A DNA stretch of 64,000 nt from a virus, in the IMG/VR virus record IMGVR_UViG_3300027082_000001, positions 1-64,000 of that record, one strand, 5' to 3'. Every line of letters starts with the position of its first letter. The first letter of the stretch is position 1. The translations under genes and the position numbers were made by a program. Of the stretch, positions 38,049-47,422 are shown piece after piece. The notes under the pieces are model-generated. The model ran no database searches. It saw nothing but the letters and a program-made list of their open reading frames with translations, and had not been told where the DNA came from.

Positions 38049-38774
38049 TTACTCGTGAGCGTCCACGGCTCCACGAGCTTTCTGGTCTTTCGCCAGAGAT
38101 TCGACTTCTTCTTTTGAAAGAGGAGGAAGCTCTTCGATTGAAAAACGAGGCATGAGAACAGTCTTGTACTGCTTCACACCGAAGCTCTGGCCACGTTGTT
38201 TGATCTCTTTTCGCATCGGATAGCGTTCTTCACGCATCGAATTGATGAGGATTTCGGGAACGTGATAGCCCAGTTCATTCTCTTCACCAAAGGGAATATA
38301 CTTCGAAACCTTGCCACAAAACTTGTTGTAGACGGTCTTGATGGAACCCGGCAGAGCAGAATCATTTGGATCCAGATTGGTGATCCGCACACGATGAAGA
38401 CGCATTGCCTTGGCACGAACGATGGCACGCTGTTCAGCCTGAGTCAGTCCGGGAGTATGGGGATTCAGCAGAGCCTGTGCAGTACGAGGAAGGTCCATGA
38501 CAGATTTTTTCTTCAGAACTGCTTTCGTTTCGTCCGTCGTCTGGTTCTTCAGAGCCTGCATCAAAGTCTGATCGACTTCATCATCTGGTTCATTCTCAGA
38601 CTCTTGTCGGTTCAGAAGAACCGGGAGAATCTTCTCCTTCAGAGTGCCAGCACCAGTATTGCCAGAGAACGAGACTTCGAGTTCATTGGCGATGTAACGA
38701 AGCACTTCCTTGTCATCCGTGTTGTCCACGATTTCCAGAAGCTCTTCAGTGGTTTTGTTGGAGATATCATCCAT
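38049..38774 (-). CDS. N4 gp55-like protein
   Basis: RVRITNLDPND, KYIPFGE, F.IEELPPL; synteny. Confidence 0.78.
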   Translation of the reverse strand: MDDISNKTTEELLEIVDNTDDKEVLRYIANELEVSFSGNTGAGTLKEKILPVLLNRQESENEPDDEVDQTLMQALKNQTTDETKAVLKKKSVMDLPRTAQALLNPHTPGLTQAEQRAIVRAKAMRLHRVRITNLDPNDSALPGSIKTVYNKFCGKVSKYIPFGEENELGYHVPEILINSMREERYPMRKEIKQRGQSFGVKQYKTVLMPRFSIEELPPLSKEEVESLAKDQKARGAVDAHE

Positions 38775-38808
38775 TGGGTTTTTCCTTTTGAGTTACCATG
38801 GTGCAGTC

Positions 38809-38837
38809 CGCTTAACACAGCCTAAAAACCAAGACAA
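38809..38837 (-). promoter_or_regulatory. Possible sigma70-type late promoter
   Basis: TTGTCT-17 bp-TAAGCG just after the MCP terminator and upstream of gp55. Confidence 0.35.
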
Positions 38838-38839
38838 GA

Positions 38840-38866
38840 AATGAAAGAGGCACCCGAAGGTGCCTC
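38840..38866 (-). terminator. Rho-independent terminator after MCP
   Basis: Minus strand GAGGCACC-TTCG-GGTGCCTC followed by TTTCATTT. Confidence 0.88.
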
Positions 38867-38888
38867 AATCAGTCTTATGTACCTGAGA

Positions 38889-40331
38889 TTACTCAGGGAT
38901 GGGGCTGTAGGCCACGGCCATACGTTCACCACGAAGCTTGATGAAGCCGTAGAAGAACTTGACCGAGGAGAACCCGATCTTGCCGTAGGGGTCAGTCCGG
39001 TCAGCAGTCTTCTCACCGGGCTTCTTGACGATGATGCGGAACTTGGACTTGCCTTTCCCACCCATGCCCTGAAGGCCGATGGTTGCGAATGCTTCGTCAC
39101 CGATCACAAGCAGCGGAGCAACATCATAGCGACCACCAGTGGCTTGATAGCCATCATTGGTGCTTTCAGTTGCACCAACACCCTGCCAGCGCATCATCTG
39201 CGGAACCACGATGATCCGAAGATGAGCAGTCGGAATTGCACCGATCTCACCATTCATGATCGTTGCAGCATCTGCATACTTCTCAACGGGTATGAAGTCT
39301 GCCCAATCACTGATCATGATTTGCAGTTCAGAACCGATGTAAGCGATACGCGATGCCGAGATCACACGGGTGTCAGTCATCCGCGAACCCTTGATGATAC
39401 GGGTTTTCTTCGGAGTCCGGTTGTCATCGAGGATGACGCTCAGACGCTTCAGATCACCGACATCGAGAGCCGTGACAGAACCATCTTCACCAGAGACTTC
39501 AGCCACCGAAGTTGCAGTACCGGGGAAGATCTTCACGTCCGCAGCCGACAGGAGGTCAGCTTGCAGAAGGTCTTCGTAGATCTCGTTCGCACCACGGAGC
39601 ATCTCACGCGAGAGATGGCCGTAGAGGTCCGAGTCGGTATCGAACATCAGCGAATCTTCAGTCCATTCCATGAAGAAGCCGTGCTCTTGGATTTCACCCT
39701 TGCGCTCCAAACGGGTAAAGCCGACGCGGTTCACACGACCACCTTGTTCCGTCAGAGTCGGCATTTTGCCGAGGATCGTACCCACGTCACGCGAACCACC
39801 GTACAGAGAACCAGCGTTCTCCATCTTCACACCGGCACCAGCAGCAGAGATTGCTGCGTCAGCATCGGTTTCGTTCGCGTAGTGAACCACATAGTCGGTC
39901 ATACCAATCAGGGTCAGACCAGTACCACCAGTGTCGTCAGCAGCATCGGTCGCAACCGTTTCTGCCGTACCAGTGGCCGAGTTCACGTTGTCGTTGATAG
40001 CAGTTACGGCAGCAGCCGAGCCAGCATTGGCGACAGTCAGCGGGTTGGGGAACGTCACAGTGAACGTGCCGGGGACACGGGCCACACCATTGGCGTCGAT
40101 GCCTTGGTCGTTGATGTTCAGTTCGTCCAGAAGCGGCACGTAGTAGTATACGCGCAGTTCTTTACCGTAGTGCTTCGGCATAGACTTCGCATCCGCCAGC
40201 GGCGAGAAATACATCTCTTCGGCAGCGTCGATCAGCGATTTTCGATCCCAGTAGTGGGTGTTGAACTGGGGGCCAACGCTGGACTGGTTGCCAGCCTCGT
40301 TGACCTTCGGGGCGTTATAGATCTGAGCCAT
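38889..40331 (-). CDS. Major capsid protein (N4 gp56 family)
   Basis: MPKHYGK..YYYVPLLD..NDQGIDA, GGRVNRVGFTR, DPYGKIGFSS; strong codon bias. Confidence 0.95.
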   Translation of the reverse strand: MAQIYNAPKVNEAGNQSSVGPQFNTHYWDRKSLIDAAEEMYFSPLADAKSMPKHYGKELRVYYYVPLLDELNINDQGIDANGVARVPGTFTVTFPNPLTVANAGSAAAVTAINDNVNSATGTAETVATDAADDTGGTGLTLIGMTDYVVHYANETDADAAISAAGAGVKMENAGSLYGGSRDVGTILGKMPTLTEQGGRVNRVGFTRLERKGEIQEHGFFMEWTEDSLMFDTDSDLYGHLSREMLRGANEIYEDLLQADLLSAADVKIFPGTATSVAEVSGEDGSVTALDVGDLKRLSVILDDNRTPKKTRIIKGSRMTDTRVISASRIAYIGSELQIMISDWADFIPVEKYADAATIMNGEIGAIPTAHLRIIVVPQMMRWQGVGATESTNDGYQATGGRYDVAPLLVIGDEAFATIGLQGMGGKGKSKFRIIVKKPGEKTADRTDPYGKIGFSSVKFFYGFIKLRGERMAVAYSPIPE

Positions 40332-40359
40332 GGTGTTTTCCTTTCAGTGTCTCAGAGTT

Positions 40360-41745
40360 TCACTCGGGAGGAGCCATCTTCAGGAATTCCTCATCCGACA
40401 TTTTATCGAAGTCAGGTTCTTTCGGGGTCATATTCCCGGTCTGCTTCGAGGGAGGTGTCGAAGAAAGATGTGGATTGGCAGCAGGCTTCTTCGTACCTGT
40501 CTGCTTCCTCGCCCCCTGTGCAACTGGCTGATTCTGAGGTTGGCCCGATTGGAGCGGAGCCATAGAATTACCACCTTGCGCGGGATTTTGTTGAGGTTGA
40601 TTGAATACTCCAGCGTTCTTCATGGCTTCTCCGACTTGATCGAAGGCTTGAAGGAAGGGAACTCCCTGCAAATAACCAATCGAGCGTTGATAATTCAACT
40701 CCTCTACCACCTTGTCGTAGATCCCACTCGCTTTCATTTCAGAGAGATTGCCGATAATTCCCGGATTCTCTCGAAGTTTGGCTTTGGACGGTTTGTCCCA
40801 GTCTTTGTGGATATGCGATACCAGAGCCTGACCTTCAGGTGTAGCAAGTGCATTATCCAACGCATCCCGGAACTCGTTATCCTGTGGGTCGCCTTGGTAG
40901 TTACTAGCCTGATAACCCGAATCTTTTTCCGTATCAAGGTCCATTGGGTCGATATTGTGACTTTTTAGCAACTGTGTGATTGCGCCTTTGTCACCTTTCG
41001 ATAGGTCGATAAGGAAATTCAACTTGTTTGGATCGTTCAAACCTTGGTCTGTCAGCATCCGATTCAGTTGCTTCATTGGCTTGATTTCCTGCATCCGACG
41101 CGAATAATTCACGCCTTGCTGCATCAAGCGAATTGCATCTTCCGGAGAACGCACAGTGAAATCTTTCCCATCCGCTTTGAATGGTTTGGTAATCTCTTGA
41201 TAAAAACCAAGAGCAGTATCCATCTGTGCAGTGTCCATGCCATCAGGGAGTTTGTAGTATCCAGCTTTGGCAGGAGTTTCTTTACCTTTTACAGATTTTT
41301 CTTCTCCGGTTTCGCCATCGGGAGTCTTCCCTTCTTCCCCGGTGTCTGTTTGGGATTGCTTACCTTTCGATGAATCTTCCTCGCCGGTAGCTTCTTTTCC
41401 TTCACCGGCCATGGGGTCAGTGTTGTTTTCGGTATTTTCCGGGTCTTCTTCTTCGGACCCGTCAGTGATGCCGGAATCAGAACCATCGTCGGACTCGCCA
41501 GACTTATCAGTGTCAGTAGATGCGTCAGACCCGTCAGGATCATTGCTATCATCTTCTTCTTTTCCATCTTGTGGTTCGTCTTCTGGGTCGTTCGATCCTT
41601 GTACTGGAGCATCGTAGTCTTCCTCGCTAGTCAGAGATGTTTCACCGTCCGGAACATTTCCCGAATAGTCTTCTTCTGACAGCTTGAGGAAATCCTCATC
41701 GCTCATGTTTTCAAAATCGTTGCGTGTGGTAGGTTCTTTAGCCAT
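40360..41745 (-). CDS. N4 gp57-like protein (scaffold / 'tape measure' annotation)
   Basis: Acidic N-terminus, PFKADGK, LMQQGVNYSRRM, MSDE(D/E)FLK at both ends. Confidence 0.8.
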   Translation of the reverse strand: MAKEPTTRNDFENMSDEDFLKLSEEDYSGNVPDGETSLTSEEDYDAPVQGSNDPEDEPQDGKEEDDSNDPDGSDASTDTDKSGESDDGSDSGITDGSEEEDPENTENNTDPMAGEGKEATGEEDSSKGKQSQTDTGEEGKTPDGETGEEKSVKGKETPAKAGYYKLPDGMDTAQMDTALGFYQEITKPFKADGKDFTVRSPEDAIRLMQQGVNYSRRMQEIKPMKQLNRMLTDQGLNDPNKLNFLIDLSKGDKGAITQLLKSHNIDPMDLDTEKDSGYQASNYQGDPQDNEFRDALDNALATPEGQALVSHIHKDWDKPSKAKLRENPGIIGNLSEMKASGIYDKVVEELNYQRSIGYLQGVPFLQAFDQVGEAMKNAGVFNQPQQNPAQGGNSMAPLQSGQPQNQPVAQGARKQTGTKKPAANPHLSSTPPSKQTGNMTPKEPDFDKMSDEEFLKMAPPE

Positions 41746-41790
41746 GATTCTTCTCCATCATTGGGCTTAGGGAAATGACGAAAGCCGGGA

Positions 41791-42180
41791 TTATCCGGCT
41801 GCCGCTTCTTCTGCTTTGATTGCTTCGTCACGAGCCTCTTCGAGAGCAACCATCTCATCACGGGCCATGTTACCCTGTTCGATGATATTCTTCATGTAGG
41901 TTCGGAAATCACCAATCGAAACCAATTGACGAGAACAGTCTTCTCGAACTTTCTCATTCAGACGACCAGAAGCAACCAGTTCTGCCAGTCGTTGCGGTTC
42001 ATCGGTAAGATAACCTTCCATTACGAGAGCCTTGAAATCTGCATTATCTGCAAGACGACGGGCTGCATCAGCACGTTCAATGATCGTACTGTAATGAGCT
42101 TTGGCTTCTTCGTATTGTTCGAGGGTCAGTTCAATGGGGGATTCGTCTTCTTCCCCCATGGATGCGTTGTATAGATCCAT
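41791..42180 (-). CDS. N4 gp58-like protein
   Basis: Synteny between portal and gp57; DFKALVMEGY. Confidence 0.72.
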   Translation of the reverse strand: MDLYNASMGEEDESPIELTLEQYEEAKAHYSTIIERADAARRLADNADFKALVMEGYLTDEPQRLAELVASGRLNEKVREDCSRQLVSIGDFRTYMKNIIEQGNMARDEMVALEEARDEAIKAEEAAAG

Positions 42181-42202
42181 TTGCAGTCTCCAGTATTGGA
42201 CC

Positions 42203-42226
42203 GGGGGACCGAGGTTTCAGTCCCCC
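42203..42226 (-). other. GC-rich hairpin after the portal stop
   Basis: GGGGGACTGA-aacc-TCGGTCCCCC on the minus strand, with no U-tract. Confidence 0.55.
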
Positions 42227-42233
42227 TTCAGTC

Positions 42234-44609
42234 TTATTGGCTGCTTAATGGCCCCATTGGAACTCTTTGTCCACCCCCTTGGCTAAATTCCGGGACCATG
42301 GAAGGGTCTGAAAACCCTGAACCAAGAGCAGGAGCACCTGAAGGTTGACCCGGTGCAGGACCACTGGCAACCGGAGGAACAACCCCTGCTCCAGCTTTCA
42401 CGTCGTCCTTGGCATCCGACAGAGCGTTGTATCCGACGGCTGCCTCAATATTCTGCGGAGGAGTTTCACCTTCCAGCAGAGCCTTGGTAACTTCCAGACT
42501 ACGATTGCCAGCAGCTTGAGCACCCATCTTCTCAACTTCTCGCTGATGAGAGACACCAGAGACATCATTAGTGACTTCTTCCAGTAGTTTTGCAGCACGA
42601 GCACGAGCTTCTTCTGCACGGGCTTCGTCCAGAGCAACTTCACTTTGAAGTTTGGCCAGTTCTGCCTTGGCAGTTTCTACAGCAATCGGATCAGGTTGAG
42701 GCTCATAAGAACGAATCTGTTCGGCAAGGTCAGGCATACGCTTGAGATCTGCAATCTTGCCAAGCACGATTTTCCGAAGATTGGGATCCATATCCGGACC
42801 CACAGTCTGAAGAACCATACCAAGATCATTGGCTTTTTGTTCATCAACAGAAGCAGTTGAGATATCAACTTTGAGGTCGAAGTTACCTTCGAGTTCTGCA
42901 CGAGAAACTTCAACGAACTCTTCGTTTGTGACTCGAACAATTTCTTGCTCACTCAAGAATTTAGCGTTCATGGCAATGATCTTGGTGCCAATATCTTGCA
43001 TACCTTTGGCAAGACGACGAAGAATCGACATCTCACGAGTTGCAGCCGAATCCAGAGCACCACGGATACCCGTAGCAACTGAACCATAGGCATCACCAGA
43101 AATACCTCCACTGAACGATTTCACACCTGTAAGTGCTTCAGCTTCAGCATTCTGCATCTGAATGGTTTCATGAGCAGAGCGAGGAATCTCCGGATATTCC
43201 ATCTGACGGATGTTGGTTTTCGGATCATTATTTGGATTGAATTCGAAATCCTCACCATTCACAAACCGACGTTTGTTGATTGGATCGAGAAAGCCTTTGG
43301 CATAACCAGTCTGAGAATTGGCAGAGCGACCCATGAGGTCAATGACTCCACGAGTGACAGCACCAATGATACGCTGGTTGTCTTGGAGCAGCGATGCATC
43401 GGCCTCACCAAAAACCGATTTGAGAATGGGCATATAAGGAATGATGACGAACGGAGGCTTGTTGTCCGGAAATGGGTTTTCACGCATCTCGATGATAGTT
43501 TCACCAACCCATGTCACGACAATAGGAACCATGACACCAGTTTCGTAGATGTCGTAATAACCCCAGTATTCGTAAACCAGAATCTTCTGTTTATCAGCAG
43601 AACCAGATTCAGCCCCTGTACGCATGTCGTTGTTCGGTGTGTTGGATTCGTGATCTGGGTTCCCATGTTGAGATTGAATCTTTGCAGACTCCCAATTCAC
43701 TTGATCCAGATTCTGATACTGATCCTTCCGAGCCTTCAGTTCAGACGAAGTGGCTTCATAGGTATGAATCATATACTGGGCATTCTCCCAGTCACCATCA
43801 CACGACGGATCAACGAACAGGTTTGCCACGTTGATGATACGAATAGACGGACAGTTCTTCACCATCCGCTCTTCTACAGTTTCAATCACCCCATCTGCTT
43901 CAGCAGTGACAGGTTGACCAAGTTCAGCACTCATCTCAGCAGCAGCTTTCAAAGATTCAGGCAGGGATTCCCAATCAGGAACCTGTGCCTGCATCATTTG
44001 TACAGCTTGCATGATCAACTGAGCTTCACGTTCATCTTGAACCGGGAAATAATTGAAATTCGTGGTTTCGACCTTTTCAGTCCGGTATTCCTGTTCCCAA
44101 CCAACACGAACCACCACAGAACCTTCATCCACAGCAGTTCGAACATAGCGGTCGATGAAGTCCACTTTGTTGATCTTGGTATCAAACTGCCAGTTCAGAA
44201 GGATCTGGTTTTGCTTGGCTTTGGGTGCATCTTCGTGCGTACGTGGAAGCACTTGAAACATCCGGTCGGTATTGAGGAAAGGCTCACTCAAAGCCGGATA
44301 GCGCCATTCGTTGTGTTTGCGGATCAGTTTGGGCTGAACAGCGGATCGACCCGGTTTCGCTTTTTTGGGAGCTTCTGCTCCTGTTGCGTTCCGGAGATCC
44401 AGCCATCCTTCGACGTTGCTTTTCTGATCGTCAGTTTCCTGACGTGCAAATTCAAGATCCTGACGCAAATCTGCAAGATCAGGTTCTTTTTTCCACTTTG
44501 TCAGTTTTGGTTTGGGCTGCACATCCAATTGTTCAGGGTCCACGTCTTGAGCACCGGACATCTCGTTCCGGTCTTCCGACTGTACCTTGTATTCGTCATT
44601 CATTTCCAT
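42234..44609 (-). CDS. Portal protein (N4 gp59)
   Basis: VQPKLIRKHNEWRYPALSEPFL, AEALTGVKSF; size and synteny. Confidence 0.93.
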   Translation of the reverse strand: MEMNDEYKVQSEDRNEMSGAQDVDPEQLDVQPKPKLTKWKKEPDLADLRQDLEFARQETDDQKSNVEGWLDLRNATGAEAPKKAKPGRSAVQPKLIRKHNEWRYPALSEPFLNTDRMFQVLPRTHEDAPKAKQNQILLNWQFDTKINKVDFIDRYVRTAVDEGSVVVRVGWEQEYRTEKVETTNFNYFPVQDEREAQLIMQAVQMMQAQVPDWESLPESLKAAAEMSAELGQPVTAEADGVIETVEERMVKNCPSIRIINVANLFVDPSCDGDWENAQYMIHTYEATSSELKARKDQYQNLDQVNWESAKIQSQHGNPDHESNTPNNDMRTGAESGSADKQKILVYEYWGYYDIYETGVMVPIVVTWVGETIIEMRENPFPDNKPPFVIIPYMPILKSVFGEADASLLQDNQRIIGAVTRGVIDLMGRSANSQTGYAKGFLDPINKRRFVNGEDFEFNPNNDPKTNIRQMEYPEIPRSAHETIQMQNAEAEALTGVKSFSGGISGDAYGSVATGIRGALDSAATREMSILRRLAKGMQDIGTKIIAMNAKFLSEQEIVRVTNEEFVEVSRAELEGNFDLKVDISTASVDEQKANDLGMVLQTVGPDMDPNLRKIVLGKIADLKRMPDLAEQIRSYEPQPDPIAVETAKAELAKLQSEVALDEARAEEARARAAKLLEEVTNDVSGVSHQREVEKMGAQAAGNRSLEVTKALLEGETPPQNIEAAVGYNALSDAKDDVKAGAGVVPPVASGPAPGQPSGAPALGSGFSDPSMVPEFSQGGGQRVPMGPLSSQ

Positions 44610-44619
44610 GGTCGGACCC

Positions 44620-44910
44620 TTATTTCAGGATTTCAGTCAGTTGCTGATAACCCTCTACAGCAATATCCTTTTCTTGACCACACTCGATAAGAGCATCACC
44701 AAGACGGCCCATCCGGAGTTCATCTGAACCAACGGAAGTACCAGAGACAGTTCTGATCACATCCAAAGGATGAGGACAAGGATCAGATACATTCTCAGGG
44801 AGTGGTTGAACTTTCACTCCATCTGCGTTCCAACCGGCGCAACCCGCCAGTAGTAGCAACGCCGGGATTATCAGCACCTTCGGCTGCCAGAGCTTGTTGT
44901 TCAAGGTCAT
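44620..44910 (-). CDS. o-spanin (Rz1-like lipoprotein)
   Basis: LLLLAGC lipobox, Pro-rich PCPHP, overlaps the i-spanin 3' end. Exact start uncertain. Confidence 0.75.
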   Translation of the reverse strand: MTLNNKLWQPKVLIIPALLLLAGCAGWNADGVKVQPLPENVSDPCPHPLDVIRTVSGTSVGSDELRMGRLGDALIECGQEKDIAVEGYQQLTEILK

Positions 44911-45127
44911 TGATTAACCCTTCCTTTTCACGGTTCAGCCGAAGAATCTCTGTGTTCTTCTGATTGAGATCGAGATTCAAATCAAGGATTTCATCTTGAA
45001 GCTTTTGCTTGGCTTCCAAATTCTTTTCAATTTGCCAAACTGTACCTTTGTGGACTCCAAAGGCAAAAGCCCCACCAATCATGGCGAGGCTGATACCCAA
45101 CGCAATCAATTTACGTTTTACAATCAT
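44795..45127 (-). CDS. i-spanin (Rz-like)
   Basis: N-terminal TM helix plus coiled coil; downstream of the endolysin. Confidence 0.75.
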   Translation of the reverse strand: MIVKRKLIALGISLAMIGGAFAFGVHKGTVWQIEKNLEAKQKLQDEILDLNLDLNQKNTEILRLNREKEGLINDLEQQALAAEGADNPGVATTGGLRRLERRWSESSTTP

Positions 45128-45783
45128 AGAAATCGCTCCAGCAGTCGTTCTCGAAGAATATTCCCAATGGCCACAGGGTCTTGGAAACCATTGGTATCAC
45201 CGGGAAGTACAGTGTAATCCCATTTCCAGCGTTGCTTCACACCCAGAGTGGGTTCGACTTCTGCATGAGTGAGAGTGGTCCATTTCGAGACCGGAATGCC
45301 GTATTCCTCAACCAGTTCAGCAGACTGTTCCAGCATTGCATCAATGCCTACCCAAGTAATGGGGTTGGATCCCCAAACCATGGGATTCGCTTGCTTCGAA
45401 CCAGCCATAGCATCGACAGATTGACCGATCCATCCAGTGTTCATCGACTTGGTGTGAGAGGCACCAATACCACGACGCCAATCATACATGACTTGTTCAG
45501 CCACAGTGGCATCGCCTTGAATGGTATCACCCGTCGTAGAGTGGAGAAAGTTGTAGGCTTTCGTTTCAAGGTCAATGAAGCCTTTGGCTCCAGCCGTCCA
45601 ATGCCAGACAATCCCTCGAACTCCTCGATCAAAGAGATCTTGCTGACGAGAGACTCCACGTTTTCGCATGGCTTTCTCGATACCCTTTCGAGTGTTCGGA
45701 CCCATGATCCCATCAACTGTTAGAACGGCACCCCGAAGAATGCCGTTCACTCGCCCTTGGTAGTCTCGTACTGTGATGCTCAT
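45124..45783 (-). CDS. Endolysin, N-acetylmuramoyl-L-alanine amidase (Amidase_2) with N-terminal PG-binding motif
   Basis: VDGIMGPNT, IVWHWTAG, SHTKSMNTG, LTHAEV, KWD. Confidence 0.85.
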   Translation of the reverse strand: MSITVRDYQGRVNGILRGAVLTVDGIMGPNTRKGIEKAMRKRGVSRQQDLFDRGVRGIVWHWTAGAKGFIDLETKAYNFLHSTTGDTIQGDATVAEQVMYDWRRGIGASHTKSMNTGWIGQSVDAMAGSKQANPMVWGSNPITWVGIDAMLEQSAELVEEYGIPVSKWTTLTHAEVEPTLGVKQRWKWDYTVLPGDTNGFQDPVAIGNILRERLLERFL

Positions 45784-46337
45784 CGGATGATATCCTCATT
45801 GGTTAGGTTGTAGATCAAAGTGTTTCGTTCTGGTTCATTGGGGTAGAAAACATTGGAACAAAAGTTCTTCGTAGAATCATCAACTCCAGAGTCGTTTGCT
45901 TTCACATCATATCGAACACAGACATAAAATGATTCCGTTGGAACATCCGGAGGATCTGAGTTTTCATTGTCAAACCATGCAGCCCAACTCCAGTATTTAG
46001 GTTCGTCTTTCGCGTCAGTATAGTTTCCCTTTCCTTTCCGGGAAGTCAACCGAGTGCCATTTGCCTGATACACAGCAGCAGTCCATGTTCCAGATACAGG
46101 TTGAAGCGCATCAGCGTCATACTTGACCAAAGGTGCCAGATTGGAATCCACGTAGACAAGCTCTACAGTGGCACTGACAAAAGGACGATCAGCCAAAAAG
46201 GCATCATAAAATTTGGTGTATGCTCCGTGCAGCATAATCAACAAAATGCAGAACACAGAACCTGCAATCATCACACGAAGATCGTCTCGATTCCTCGTGG
46301 TCTTTTCGGCGCGAATTTGTGGGACATATAAAGTCAT
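45780..46337 (-). CDS. Hypothetical single-TM protein in the lysis cassette
   Basis: N-terminal TM; predicted periplasmic domain with two Cys; between holin and endolysin. Confidence 0.65.
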   Translation of the reverse strand: MTLYVPQIRAEKTTRNRDDLRVMIAGSVFCILLIMLHGAYTKFYDAFLADRPFVSATVELVYVDSNLAPLVKYDADALQPVSGTWTAAVYQANGTRLTSRKGKGNYTDAKDEPKYWSWAAWFDNENSDPPDVPTESFYVCVRYDVKANDSGVDDSTKNFCSNVFYPNEPERNTLIYNLTNEDIIR

Positions 46338-46744
46338 TGGTTTTCCTCCGGGGTAGGAACTTGTTCCTCCTCTTCCAAACGACCATCAGGGCCATATTGG
46401 CGAATAGTAGGTGCAGTCGGTTCATTGGCTTCGCCTGAGATTAACCGCTCAACCAATGTCACAGCCACAAGGCCGATCAGAAACGAAGCAGCGGTGAGAG
46501 TTCCCATCGCTCCTGCCATCTCATCAGGAAGATCTCCAATCCAGGGTCGCATAATCACAGGCCCAAGTACACCAACGCCAAATGCGACGGCTCCACCTAC
46601 GAATACAACTCGAAGACCCTCACGCCAAGTGGTCTTCAAGACTGCGGCACGTACAGATCCACCCAATGTACCAAAAAACGTAAGAATCGCAGCACGTTGG
46701 TTGAAAACTTCGAAAAATAGATTCGGATCCTTACTATCGCTCAT
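46334..46744 (-). CDS. Putative holin (3 TM)
   Basis: Three hydrophobic segments, charged C-tail, upstream of the endolysin. Confidence 0.65.
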   Translation of the reverse strand: MSDSKDPNLFFEVFNQRAAILTFFGTLGGSVRAAVLKTTWREGLRVVFVGGAVAFGVGVLGPVIMRPWIGDLPDEMAGAMGTLTAASFLIGLVAVTLVERLISGEANEPTAPTIRQYGPDGRLEEEEQVPTPEENQ

Positions 46745-47412
46745 TAGACAAATCCTCGGTCTTGGAAGCGAGTATCCTCATCCATAACCTCTGATGTCTG
46801 AGATTTGTTCTCAATGACATCATCACCCATCATTTTTAGATAAAGGCCATAGTAGGAATCTCCCTTTGCAGTGTGTTCTTCACCACCCATGTGGCTGAGA
46901 TATATCCCTGAGACATAAAGTACCAGCACTTCATAAAGATGATACGGAAGTTCCATTGCGTCATTCAGTCCAATCTTCGGATGACGGGTTTGGAATTTGA
47001 GATCAACCGCAGGTGTGTAATCAGCCATGAAGGCATCGGTGAATCGCACAGTGCTGGGGGATGGAATTGTGATTTGGTTGTTCGTTTTTGGAATGAAGGT
47101 TTTCTCGTTTTCTGGAATCACTTTCATGTTTTTGTGAACACCGTGTACGGACAAGAGCCGTACATAGTTGGTGAAGACAGGATCGAGATTTTCATCGAGA
47201 GTGTAGATGTTCTGTCCGGGGATAAAGGACAGTGCATACGTCGTCTCGAACAACTTCAACCGGGTACTGATGTCAGCCAGTCCCTGATTAGTCAGTTCAA
47301 GTAGTTGATCTTCGTGTCCCGGATGCAGTTCACCCAGATCTTGATCGGCTACGGCTCCCGTGTTCTTGAGTTGACCCCAAGCCAGCTTGGTAATGAAATC
47401 TGTGAATTGCAT
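46744..47412 (-). CDS. Head-tail adaptor / N4 gp67-like virion protein
   Basis: Synteny after terL; C-terminal RFQDRGFV. Confidence 0.72.
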   Translation of the reverse strand: MQFTDFITKLAWGQLKNTGAVADQDLGELHPGHEDQLLELTNQGLADISTRLKLFETTYALSFIPGQNIYTLDENLDPVFTNYVRLLSVHGVHKNMKVIPENEKTFIPKTNNQITIPSPSTVRFTDAFMADYTPAVDLKFQTRHPKIGLNDAMELPYHLYEVLVLYVSGIYLSHMGGEEHTAKGDSYYGLYLKMMGDDVIENKSQTSEVMDEDTRFQDRGFV

Positions 47413-47422
47413 GTATCATTCC

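Noticed and set aside
38841-40565. 574-aa + strand ORF antisense to MCP (similarly 43170-44690, 21677-23062, 3698-4948)
   Set aside because: Shadow ORFs produced by codon bias of the real genes; no recognisable motifs.
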